Virus record (IMG/VR): IMGVR_UViG_3300031857_000105 | Span: 1-64,000 of that record | Source of the DNA: a virus | Strand: one strand, 5' to 3' | DNA length: 64,000 nucleotides | Shown: in pieces, positions 49,836 to 58,878 of the stretch | How the letters are laid out: each line of letters opens with the position of its first letter | Numbering within the stretch: the stretch's first letter is position 1 | The notes under the pieces: model-generated | The model's database searches: none | Told to the model about the DNA's origin: nothing | The model's input: only the letters and a program-made list of their open reading frames with translations | Made by a program: the position numbers and the translations under genes

Positions 49836-50534
49836 ATGATTATTGGCGTATGCGGTTTTATTGGTTCTGGCAAAGATACTATTGCCGATTACTTAACTAA
49901 CTTCCATGAATTCCGACGAGAATCATTCGCCAATACCCTTAAAGATGCCGTAGCTAACGTGTTTGGTTGGGACAGAACAATGTTAGAAGGTCGTACAAAA
50001 CAAGCTCGTGAATGGCGCGAACAAGTAGATCCGTGGTGGGCAGAACGTTTGAACATGCCTAATTTGACTCCTCGTTGGGTGCTACAATATTGGGGCACTG
50101 AAGTTTGCCGAAGAGGATTCCATGATGATATTTGGATTGCAAGTCTAGAAAATAAACTCCGCAACAGTCGAGATGATGTAGTAATATCAGATTGTCGTTT
50201 TCCTAACGAAATTAAGTCAATTAAAGACGCAGGCGGAATTGTAGTACGTGTTGTCCGTGGCGAAGAACCTGAATGGTACGAAGATGCTATCAATGCTAAC
50301 CGAGGAGAAAACGGTAATTTTTCATGGTCTACAAGCCGTAGCAGACTTGAAAAACTAGGCATCCATGCTAGTGAAACAGCATGGGTAGGAACTAAGTTTG
50401 ACGCTGTGCTAGATAACAATGGCAGTATTGACGACCTGTTTGCCCAAGTTAGAGGTCTGGTACAAGATCACCTTGCTTCCACTTCACACCCTCACGGTGA
50501 AGCAGTCTTTGACAATTTGAACATACCGTCTTGA
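49836..50534 (+). CDS. gp1: Deoxynucleoside monophosphate kinase
   Basis: IIG.CG.IGSGKDT P-loop; FA..LKD; TPR..LQ..GTE..R; VISDCRF.NE; H.SE; NNGSIDDL. Confidence 0.9.
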   Translation: MIIGVCGFIGSGKDTIADYLTNFHEFRRESFANTLKDAVANVFGWDRTMLEGRTKQAREWREQVDPWWAERLNMPNLTPRWVLQYWGTEVCRRGFHDDIWIASLENKLRNSRDDVVISDCRFPNEIKSIKDAGGIVVRVVRGEEPEWYEDAINANRGENGNFSWSTSRSRLEKLGIHASETAWVGTKFDAVLDNNGSIDDLFAQVRGLVQDHLASTSHPHGEAVFDNLNIPS

Positions 50535-50784
50535 GATTAGTGTGTCGGCAGTTGTTTAGATCGCCGTCCACATGAAACACATTAAACACCTCTGAGTAAA
50601 GGCTTTTAAACCCACACTTATCGCAGGTGTTTTTCATTTTATAGCCAGCACGATGCCATCGTGCAATTCCAGCATATTTGCCACCTTTAAGGCAAGCCTC
50701 ACATAATTTTCTATAGTAGGTTCTACCGTTTTTAACATAGTTAACGGCAGCTGGTCTATATCCACACGAACATAATGGTCTCAT
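50449..50784 (-). CDS. HNH-like zinc-finger protein
   Basis: C..CGF...VFHVDG..NN....NL.TVC.NC; extra N-terminal CSC..CEAC; TAAATA 4 nt upstream on minus strand. Confidence 0.7.
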   Translation of the reverse strand: MRPLCSCGYRPAAVNYVKNGRTYYRKLCEACLKGGKYAGIARWHRAGYKMKNTCDKCGFKSLYSEVFNVFHVDGDLNNCRHTNLKTVCSNCQRLLHREGVKWKQGDLVPDL

Positions 50785-50850
50785 ATTTTATTTAAGCCTT
50801 TTCCGTCCCTTTTTCAGAGTGTATTACAAGTATAAAAAGCCAAAAAGCAC

Positions 50851-50856
50851 TAAATA
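50851..50856 (+). promoter_or_regulatory. Late promoter core TAAATA for the sheath/tube operon
   Basis: acTAAATAca upstream of SD GGAG and gp18 ATG. Confidence 0.7.
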
Positions 50857-50888
50857 CAATTAGGAATAGTATTCACGGAGATTACAAC

Positions 50889-53800
50889 ATGGCCCAATTA
50901 AGTTCACCAGGCGTAAGCGTATCAGTTATAGACGAAAGTTTCTATACTAGTGCAGCTCCTGGAACAACCCCTTTAATTATCGTCGCATCTGAACAAGACA
51001 AAGCAAATGGTTCAGGCACTGGCACAGCACAAGGTACTACACAAGCAAATGCTGGAAAAGTATATTTGCTAACAAGTCAAAAAGACTTGGCAGATACATT
51101 TGGTACCCCTGTCTTTAAAACTGATGCAAACAACAACCCAATACACGCTGGAGAGCAAAACGAATATGGCCTCCAAACAGCTTACAGTTATTTAGGTGTA
51201 AGTAATCGTGCGTATGTAGTACGTGCAGATCTTGACTTAGCACAGTTAGAAGCAACATCAGTTGCACCAACTGGTGATCCTGAAAACGGAACGTATTGGT
51301 TTGATTCATCGAGCACTAAGTTTGGTATTTTTCAATGGAACGGCGGATTAGCAACTACTACAAGTGGACAAACATTTGGAAATAAAATACCAACTGTAAT
51401 TACAGATTCAGCACAAGTAGAATCAGGTGCGCCTAAAGCAAATATTGGACAATCTGGCGATTATGCAGTAGTAGCAACTAGCCAAGTTTATTCATTATGG
51501 TTTAAAAAATCAAAAACAGATACAGATAGCGGAACATGGGTAAAAGTAGGAAGCGAAGCATGGTCAGCAAGTTGGCCTACTGTGCAAGGTACTGCAGCAA
51601 ATCCAACACTAGCATCCGGTGATTCTATCATAATCAACGGAACAACTGTTACAGGTCATATCAATATAGATACACTAGTAGCAGACATTAATGCAGGGGT
51701 TGACGGTGATCCTGATGCTGATAATAATTCAGCTATCATTCCAGGTGTTACAGCCGCAGTTATTAATGGTAGATTAGAATTATACTCAACTGGCGATGAT
51801 GTTATTGTATCAGGTACATTGTGTGCAGCACTAGGTGTTGTAGCTGGAACTTACAAAGCACCAGCATTACAAATTAGCGCACATACTAGCGTACCACAGT
51901 GGAAGCGTACTTTAACTACATATAACAATAACAGTGCAACTGGTTCTGTATGGATCAAAACAACTGAACCTAATTTAGGTTCTCGTTGGAGAGTTAAAGT
52001 TTATAATTCAACAACTAAAGCCTGGGAGGAAAAAACAGCACCGTTGTATCCAAATTCAGCGGCTGCATTGAAAGGATTAGACACAGCAGGCGGCGGCATT
52101 AACCTAGCTCAAGGCGCATTGTACGTAAAATATAACTTAGAAGAAAGCGAAACAAGACCAATCGCTGATTTTAGAATTCAAACTAGAAAAGTATCCGGCG
52201 CAACAAGAATCACATCTAGCTCAACATTTACTGCGGTTAGTGTAGGAAACAATGGAAAAATTGTTACAATTGGTGAGTCAGTTAAAGGACAATCATTTTC
52301 AACATTAGATTTTGACGGAGACCCAATTAGTTTCACTGTTGCACAAAACGATACTGTTAATGAAATTATTACAAAGTTGTTAAATGCAGTACAACAAAAT
52401 TCTACAATCCCTTCAGGTCTTACAAGAGTTGCATACACAACAAGAATTACAGCAGAAAACGTTGAAGGCCGCTTAGTTCTTAAGCATTTAGATGGCGGCG
52501 AAATATACTTACAAGATTCTAACGGAACTGTAGTTGCTGACTTATTTGGCCCAGTGTGGAACGGTTTAACTGGTACTTTAAACTTCTATGACTGGCCAAA
52601 CCAAGGCTCGGCCGGTGATAAATTTGTAGCCAGCAATTGGACTCCATTTAATGCTATAACAGCAAGTGCCGATGCTCCAACAACAGAGCCAGTTGCAGAG
52701 CAGTTATGGTACAGTTCAATGGTCGACGAAGTAGACATTATGGTTCACAATGGCACTACATGGGTTGGCTATCGTTCATTATACCCAAGTACAGATCCTA
52801 TGGGTCCTATTGTAAGAGCTACTCGCCCAGTTAATGGCGACCGTTCAGACGGTGCTAATCTTGCTGACCGAGATTTATGGATTGACACTAGTGACTTAGA
52901 AAACTATCCAACAATTTACAAGTGGATTGACAGCACTAAAAAATGGGTACTAATTGACACAGCAGATCAAACAACTGAAGACGGAATTATTTTTGCAGAT
53001 GCACGTTGGGCAGCTTCTGGTGATGCAGTTGATCCTGCAAGCATCGAAACATTGCTAACAAGTGATTTCTTAGACCCAGATGCTCCAGATCCTGATTTGT
53101 ATCCACAAGGTATGTTGTTGTGGAATTTACGTCGTTCAGGGTTTAACGTAAAACGTTTTGTACGTGACTACATTGATTTAAATGCAGACAACACTAGATA
53201 CAACGATGAAGCAATGGGCGGTGACGGCATTGTAGATCCGTATTATCCACATCGTTGGGTTACTGAGTCTGGAAATCAAGTTAATGGCGCTGGAACATTT
53301 GGCCGCAAAGCTCAACGTAAAGTTGTTATTCAAGCACTACAAGCATTAGTAAATAGTAATCAAGAAATGCGTGATGAAGAATCGCGTGTGTTTAACTTAA
53401 TTGCTTGTCCAGGATATCCAGAGCTAATTGGAGAAATGATTAATTTAAACTACGATCGCGGATTAACATCTTTTGTAGTTGGTGATACTCCAGCTCGTTT
53501 AACACCAGATGCTACTACATTGAATAACTGGGGTAAAAACGTTGCAGGCGCAGTAGAAGATAACGATGACGGCTTAGTAAGCAGTGACGAATACTTTGGT
53601 GTATTTTATCCATGGGGTTACACAAGTGACAACATTGGAAACAACATCGTTGTTCCACCAAGCCATATGATTTTACGCACTATTGCATTAAATGACCAAG
53701 TTAGTTATCCATGGTTCGCTCCAGCTGGAACACGCCGTGGTGGTATTACTAATGCATCAGCAGTTGGATATATTACTAGCGAAGGCGAATTCCAGTCAGT

Positions 53801-54245
53801 ATCATTGAATACTGGACAGCGCGATACACTTGCTGATAGTAAGATTAATCCAATTACATTCATTACAGGAACAGGACTTGTTAACTACGGACAATATACT
53901 CGTGCTAGAAACGCTAGTGCATTGGATCGTATTAATGTAGCTCGTTTAGTAATTTATCTACGTCGTCAATTTTCACTATTGGCAAAACCATATGTGTTTG
54001 AACCAAATGACAAGATTACACGAGACGAGTTAAAAGGTGCAGCAGAAAGTCTATTGCTCGAGTTAGTAGGACAACGTGCTCTATACGACTACATTGTAGT
54101 TTGTGATACAAGCAACAATACTCCAGCACGTATTGACAGAAACGAACTATATCTAGACGTTGCGATTGAACCAGTTAAAGCAGTTGAATTTATTTACATT
54201 CCACTACGCTTGAAGAACACTGGCGAAATCAAAGGCCTAGCATAA
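50889..54245 (+). CDS. gp18: Contractile tail sheath protein (1118 aa, large insertions)
   Basis: LSSPGVSV..ID.S; FG.P; YPW; VPPS; PWFAPAG..RG; RD.L....INPI; ALDRINV.RL; FEPND..TR; D.SNNT...IDRNE......I.P.K..EFI. Confidence 0.95.
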   Translation: MAQLSSPGVSVSVIDESFYTSAAPGTTPLIIVASEQDKANGSGTGTAQGTTQANAGKVYLLTSQKDLADTFGTPVFKTDANNNPIHAGEQNEYGLQTAYSYLGVSNRAYVVRADLDLAQLEATSVAPTGDPENGTYWFDSSSTKFGIFQWNGGLATTTSGQTFGNKIPTVITDSAQVESGAPKANIGQSGDYAVVATSQVYSLWFKKSKTDTDSGTWVKVGSEAWSASWPTVQGTAANPTLASGDSIIINGTTVTGHINIDTLVADINAGVDGDPDADNNSAIIPGVTAAVINGRLELYSTGDDVIVSGTLCAALGVVAGTYKAPALQISAHTSVPQWKRTLTTYNNNSATGSVWIKTTEPNLGSRWRVKVYNSTTKAWEEKTAPLYPNSAAALKGLDTAGGGINLAQGALYVKYNLEESETRPIADFRIQTRKVSGATRITSSSTFTAVSVGNNGKIVTIGESVKGQSFSTLDFDGDPISFTVAQNDTVNEIITKLLNAVQQNSTIPSGLTRVAYTTRITAENVEGRLVLKHLDGGEIYLQDSNGTVVADLFGPVWNGLTGTLNFYDWPNQGSAGDKFVASNWTPFNAITASADAPTTEPVAEQLWYSSMVDEVDIMVHNGTTWVGYRSLYPSTDPMGPIVRATRPVNGDRSDGANLADRDLWIDTSDLENYPTIYKWIDSTKKWVLIDTADQTTEDGIIFADARWAASGDAVDPASIETLLTSDFLDPDAPDPDLYPQGMLLWNLRRSGFNVKRFVRDYIDLNADNTRYNDEAMGGDGIVDPYYPHRWVTESGNQVNGAGTFGRKAQRKVVIQALQALVNSNQEMRDEESRVFNLIACPGYPELIGEMINLNYDRGLTSFVVGDTPARLTPDATTLNNWGKNVAGAVEDNDDGLVSSDEYFGVFYPWGYTSDNIGNNIVVPPSHMILRTIALNDQVSYPWFAPAGTRRGGITNASAVGYITSEGEFQSVSLNTGQRDTLADSKINPITFITGTGLVNYGQYTRARNASALDRINVARLVIYLRRQFSLLAKPYVFEPNDKITRDELKGAAESLLLELVGQRALYDYIVVCDTSNNTPARIDRNELYLDVAIEPVKAVEFIYIPLRLKNTGEIKGLA

Positions 54246-54264
54246 TAATAACGGAGCATACAAA

Positions 54265-54888
54265 ATGGCAATCGCAAGTTTATCAAAATTCACAGTACCT
54301 TTAGCAACTGATCAATCAGCTAGTGCTCAAGGTATGTTGATGCCCAAGTTAAAATATCGCTTTAGAGTGATGTTTGAAAACTTTGGCACATCAACACCAA
54401 CAACAGAATTAACCAAGCAAGTTCAAGATGCAGCTCGCCCGCAAGTTACTTTTGAAAACCAGAAAATTATGGTTTACAACTCAACAATTAACTATGCAGG
54501 CCGTCCAGCATGGAGTGAAATGGTTGTTAAGTTACGTGATGACGTAACAGGACAAGTTTCAAAACTAGTTGGTGAACAAATGCAAAAACAATTCGACTTC
54601 TTTGAACAAAGTAGTGCAGCGTCAGGCGGCGACTACAAGTTTTTAATGCGTATTGAAATGCTAGACGGTGGTAACGGTGCAAGTACTCCTAATATTCTTG
54701 AAACATGGGAATGTTATGGTTGCTATGTGCGTCAAACACAATACAACCAACTTTCTTACGGTAACCAAGAAATGTTGACTATTGACTTGACAATTCAACC
54801 AGATAATTGCATACAAATCACAGGCGGAGCAGAAGCTCCAACTTCGAGACGTACTGGAACAGCAGCAACAGCTTCTGGTTCAAGATAA
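54265..54888 (+). CDS. gp19: Tail tube protein
   Basis: PKLKYRFRV, ARP...F, YAG...W......RDD; follows the sheath gene. Confidence 0.8.
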   Translation: MAIASLSKFTVPLATDQSASAQGMLMPKLKYRFRVMFENFGTSTPTTELTKQVQDAARPQVTFENQKIMVYNSTINYAGRPAWSEMVVKLRDDVTGQVSKLVGEQMQKQFDFFEQSSAASGGDYKFLMRIEMLDGGNGASTPNILETWECYGCYVRQTQYNQLSYGNQEMLTIDLTIQPDNCIQITGGAEAPTSRRTGTAATASGSR

Positions 54889-54895
54889 TAAAATT

Positions 54896-54918
54896 GGCCT
54901 ACTTAGTGGGCCTTTTTT
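54896..54918 (+). terminator. Rho-independent terminator after gp19
   Basis: GGCCTAC-TTA-GTGGGCC followed by TTTTTT. Confidence 0.8.
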
Positions 54919-54966
54919 ATGGGCAATCATTAACTACTCAGTTAATAGTTACGGATAAATATTTGT

Positions 54967-55956
54967 ATGGCCTTTACACCTAATTCATTTTTATACAGTC
55001 CAAGCAACGTAACGTTGAAAGATTACGCACACGCTGCTCGTGTGTTTACGGACGATCAATTTAGACTTGCTCCTAAAAGTAAGTTTTTATTCCATGTAGC
55101 ATTTAATATAAATCAATCAGCTTTAAAAAATATTGATATTGCACAACGATATAGAAATGAAATTAATGTACTTGTTAAAACTTGCGATTTACCTCAATAC
55201 AAAGTAACAGTTGATACACTCAATCAATACAACAGAAAAAAGAATATACAAACAACTCATAAGTATGAAGCGTTAAATATCACATTCCATGACGATAATA
55301 TGGGTTTGATTAATCAGTTATGGCAAAATTATTATAGTTACTATTATGCAGATTCTACCAGCGCATTGAATCCAAGCGCATACAAAAGAAATGCAACAAG
55401 AAATAGTAATTATATTACGAACCCTTATGGTTTAGATAACGGTAGTACTACTCCATTTTTTAATTATATTACAATCTATCAAATGGCTCGTCATGAGTAT
55501 GTTAGTTATACGTTATTAAACCCTGTTATTAATTCGTTTAATCATAACAAGTTAGATTATGGGAATGGAAATACTCCACACGATTTTAGTATGGGTATTG
55601 CATACGAAGCAGTAGCATACGGCAACGGAGAAGTAACAGTGGGAGATCCAGAAGGCTTTGGATTTGAACATTACGACCAAACTCCAAGTTCGTTACAACC
55701 TGGTGATGGCTCAAGACAAGAAAGTCCAACATTTACCAACGGCTCTTCATTAAATGTGCAAGAAGTAGTTAACACAGTAGCAGCTCAACTTAATACATAT
55801 CAAAATACAAAAGAAAATCAAAATACTGGATCGAGCAAATCATTGTCTACCACGCAGACACAACAAAATGGAGGATTGCAAGGATTTCAGTTCCCGGTGG
55901 CTAAATCTTCATCAAGTAACACAGTAGTAGCAACTCAATCGTCAGTAGGAAAATAA
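54967..55956 (+). CDS. Tail tube-like baseplate junction protein (gp19/gp48/gp54-like)
   Basis: LVK..DLP.Y......NQYNRK.....Y....ITFHDD tube-fold motif; TAAATA at 54956-54961. Confidence 0.6.
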   Translation: MAFTPNSFLYSPSNVTLKDYAHAARVFTDDQFRLAPKSKFLFHVAFNINQSALKNIDIAQRYRNEINVLVKTCDLPQYKVTVDTLNQYNRKKNIQTTHKYEALNITFHDDNMGLINQLWQNYYSYYYADSTSALNPSAYKRNATRNSNYITNPYGLDNGSTTPFFNYITIYQMARHEYVSYTLLNPVINSFNHNKLDYGNGNTPHDFSMGIAYEAVAYGNGEVTVGDPEGFGFEHYDQTPSSLQPGDGSRQESPTFTNGSSLNVQEVVNTVAAQLNTYQNTKENQNTGSSKSLSTTQTQQNGGLQGFQFPVAKSSSSNTVVATQSSVGK

Positions 55957-55957
55957 C

Positions 55958-56326
55958 ATGGCAACAAATTTACCCCCACAAACACCAAATAATTCAAGCC
56001 AGGAAGTTAAACAATTTTTTGACAAGTATTATATTAATCAGATAAGTTTTCCATCAAGCCAAATTGATGCAGTTGTAGGATTCTTTTTACAGAACGGATT
56101 TGATGTAGAAAGTGCTCGAAGTACTGGTATAGTATTGTTGAATCAAGCTCGTGAAGATAATGTTAATGTATTTGAATTAATAGACACATTAAAAACATTA
56201 TCAGATGTTCAACTTAGCCAAGTGGTTGCACAAATCTTAAACGCTTACAGAGAAAAGGTAAGTGTACTTGGTTATCGTGTAACTGGAATTGTTGACGAAT
56301 ACGAAAGTAGAAACATTCTAGTATAA
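55958..56326 (+). CDS. Hypothetical protein
   Basis: 122 aa, tightly coupled in operon. Confidence 0.6.
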   Translation: MATNLPPQTPNNSSQEVKQFFDKYYINQISFPSSQIDAVVGFFLQNGFDVESARSTGIVLLNQAREDNVNVFELIDTLKTLSDVQLSQVVAQILNAYREKVSVLGYRVTGIVDEYESRNILV

Positions 56327-56327
56327 T

Positions 56328-56765
56328 ATGGCTACCAAATTTGCTCGTGGAAAATTCAACTTAACTCAACCAGAAAAGTACGTAGGAACAAAAATGCCTA
56401 CATACAGATCTAGTTGGGAGTTTCAATTCATGAGATTTTGTGACACTAACATTAGCATACAAAAATGGGCAAGTGAAGCTATACAAATCCCCTACAAAGA
56501 TCCGCTAACTGGTAGACAAACAGTTTATGTACCAGATTTTTTTATACAATACGTTGATAAAAATAATACAATGCATGTAGAACTAATAGAAGTCAAGCCC
56601 GCAAGTCAGACAATTTTAGAACGTGTGGGCAAGAACAAATATAATCAAGCGCAATATGTTAAAAATCAAGCTAAATGGGCTGCTGCAAATATTTGGTGCA
56701 AACAGCAAGGAATTAAGTTTAGAATACTTAATGAAAATGATATGTTCCACCAGGGCAATGCATAA
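56328..56765 (+). CDS. gp4: Head completion nuclease (TnsA-like fold)
   Basis: PEKYVG...YRSSWE..FM.FCD....W.SE...IPY...Y.PDF...IEVKP...N.AKW.AA...C...G..F.I..E. Confidence 0.9.
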   Translation: MATKFARGKFNLTQPEKYVGTKMPTYRSSWEFQFMRFCDTNISIQKWASEAIQIPYKDPLTGRQTVYVPDFFIQYVDKNNTMHVELIEVKPASQTILERVGKNKYNQAQYVKNQAKWAAANIWCKQQGIKFRILNENDMFHQGNA

Positions 56766-56772
56766 GTAAAGT

Positions 56773-57261
56773 ATGACTAAAAAACTTGAAGAACTATTAA
56801 ACCTTCCTGAGAGTAAAAAAATCATCAAGGACGAGGAAAAGAAACAAGCTAAAGCTGAGATGGCTAAATCACAGCCCCTTCTTCGCGATATCAGCGAATT
56901 TGACAAAATTTCTGCTGCCTTGCCCCAAGTTAAAGGATTAGGCGATGCTAGCGATACTGAATTTGATGCGCTAGCCCAACGTGCTACGGATGCATACGAT
57001 GATTTAATGGATTTAGGAATGAACGTAGAAGCTCGCTACAGCGGTCGTATTTTCGAAGTAGCAGGAACAATGCTTAAAAATGCTATTGATGCAAAAGCCG
57101 CCAAAATAGACAAAAAACTCAAGATGATTGAGCTACAGATTAAGAAGCAAAAGCTAGACAACGATGCAAATGGTGAAGATAACAGCATAAATCTTACAGG
57201 AGACGGAGTGATTATTACAGATCGCAATAGTCTACTGGAAAAATTAAAGAATATGAAATAA
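56773..57261 (+). CDS. gp16: Probable terminase small subunit
   Basis: 162 aa helical; R.FEV...MLK central motif and C-terminal helix resembling gp16; near gp17. Confidence 0.5.
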   Translation: MTKKLEELLNLPESKKIIKDEEKKQAKAEMAKSQPLLRDISEFDKISAALPQVKGLGDASDTEFDALAQRATDAYDDLMDLGMNVEARYSGRIFEVAGTMLKNAIDAKAAKIDKKLKMIELQIKKQKLDNDANGEDNSINLTGDGVIITDRNSLLEKLKNMK

Positions 57262-57282
57262 ATATAGTATCGGGATTAAACT

Positions 57283-57903
57283 ATGAAATCATTTAAAGAA
57301 TACTTAACAGAAAGCAAGAAAGTTTACGAATTTAAAATTAAACTAGCCGGCGATCATAAAAAAGCAGGAGAGCTGATCAAGTCAGCTTTATCACAATATA
57401 AGGTTGAAAGTTGCTCAGCAGGTAAGCGTTTACCTATTGCAGAAACACACGCAGATTTCCTGCATATTACAAATACAGATGTTACAATTTTTGATGTCTG
57501 CACTAGTTACCCAGTAACTAGTCAACAAGTTAGAGCGTTGATTGCAGAAAAGTGCCGTTGCCCGTTAGACAGTGTTAAGGTGCGTAATTTAGCTGAAGAT
57601 GCTGAAGATACTCTTAATCATGCAAATGATGAAAAATCTGGCGAGGCATTATTAAGCAAAGATTACGAAGCAGATTCAGAGGGACAAAAGCTAGTTGGTG
57701 AAAAACAAAAGTTTAATCTACTAAAAGAGTTAATGAAAGACAAAAAAACTCTTGAACAGTACAAAGGTGTTAATGATGCAATACTAGCATCAAAAATGCC
57801 AACTGAATCGGCACCAGCAGATTCATCAAACATTAATACAAAAAGCCCTGTTGGAAGTGTTAAGGCTAAGAAACCAACAGCAAAAACTGTCGGAGCAAGA
57901 TAA
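57283..57903 (+). CDS. Putative internal head protein
   Basis: N-term MKSFKEYLTE resembles the T4 capsid-targeting sequence MKTYQEFIAE; TAAATA at 57259-57264. Confidence 0.55.
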   Translation: MKSFKEYLTESKKVYEFKIKLAGDHKKAGELIKSALSQYKVESCSAGKRLPIAETHADFLHITNTDVTIFDVCTSYPVTSQQVRALIAEKCRCPLDSVKVRNLAEDAEDTLNHANDEKSGEALLSKDYEADSEGQKLVGEKQKFNLLKELMKDKKTLEQYKGVNDAILASKMPTESAPADSSNINTKSPVGSVKAKKPTAKTVGAR

Positions 57904-58380
57904 ATGAACTTCCAAGAATTATACAATAAAATTAGACAACTAGACGAAACATCTCCAGAGATGATTCCTCCTGCCGCAGTTACATCGCCCGACGATGAGA
58001 TGCTAGCAACAGAATGTGGTGGCATGATGTCTCCACAAATGTCTGCACCTAAACAAAGTGATTCTGTAACAATGAATGTTAGTATGAATGGCAGTGGCGC
58101 AGGTGGCATTAAAGATTTATTAGATATACTACGAAATATTGAAAATGCAAGCGGACAAGATACCGATGATGTATTAGTTGGTGTTGAAGCGGAAGAAGCA
58201 TTTAGCGATGCAACAACTAGACCAGATCCAACAATGGTTCCAACACCGGACAGCGGTGATGACTTACATCGCGAAAAAGAAGAATATCCAAAAGCCAACG
58301 GCGGCGGTAACCCAATGCGTATGCGCGAAACATTAGTTTCTAAGTTGTCAGCAAGATATAACGAAATTAAAGGAGCGTAA
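57904..58380 (+). CDS. Hypothetical acidic protein (possible internal head protein)
   Basis: 158 aa, N-term MNFQELYNKIRQLDE. Confidence 0.55.
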   Translation: MNFQELYNKIRQLDETSPEMIPPAAVTSPDDEMLATECGGMMSPQMSAPKQSDSVTMNVSMNGSGAGGIKDLLDILRNIENASGQDTDDVLVGVEAEEAFSDATTRPDPTMVPTPDSGDDLHREKEEYPKANGGGNPMRMRETLVSKLSARYNEIKGA

Positions 58381-58381
58381 T

Positions 58382-58819
58382 ATGAACGCAGAACAATACC
58401 GTGCCCTAGTTGCAAAATTAGAAGCAATCAATGAAGCACCCGTAGCCGCATTTAATCAAAATGCAGGCGCCACACCAGATGCATCTGCGCCTGTAGGTTC
58501 GGTTGCAGCCGATCCAGCTGTAGCACCAACAGAAACACCAGCACCAACACCAACACCTGCCACAGATCCAAATCAAATCCCAACAATTGAAGCCGCAACC
58601 TTTAGTCAAGCATACGCTCAGGCTAGAAAGCAAGGTTTAAAGAAATTTAAATGGTGTGGTGTTTATGCTGTTAAAGATAAAGTTAACCCACAGCCAGTTC
58701 CACCGAAGCCAGTTAAACCAGCACAAGGAAAAGTTGACTACGTTGGACAAGCTGATCCACTAGGTGGCGATGCACAAAACCCAATGAGTTTCGCATCTAA
58801 TAGTAATTTTGGCGCATAA
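58382..58819 (+). CDS. Hypothetical Pro/Ala-rich protein (possible internal head protein)
   Basis: 145 aa; N-term ends LEAINE; PAPTPTP and PVPPKPVKP tracts; TFSQAYAQARKQG..KFKW motif. Confidence 0.55.
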   Translation: MNAEQYRALVAKLEAINEAPVAAFNQNAGATPDASAPVGSVAADPAVAPTETPAPTPTPATDPNQIPTIEAATFSQAYAQARKQGLKKFKWCGVYAVKDKVNPQPVPPKPVKPAQGKVDYVGQADPLGGDAQNPMSFASNSNFGA

Positions 58820-58837
58820 GATTTCGTCAGCAGTATC

Positions 58838-58864
58838 AAAAGGGCTCTTCGGAGCCCTTTTTTT
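58838..58864 (+). terminator. Rho-independent terminator
   Basis: aaaaGGGCTC-TTCG-GAGCCCttttttt with cUUCGg loop. Confidence 0.9.
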
Positions 58865-58878
58865 GTGTAAATAAAGTT

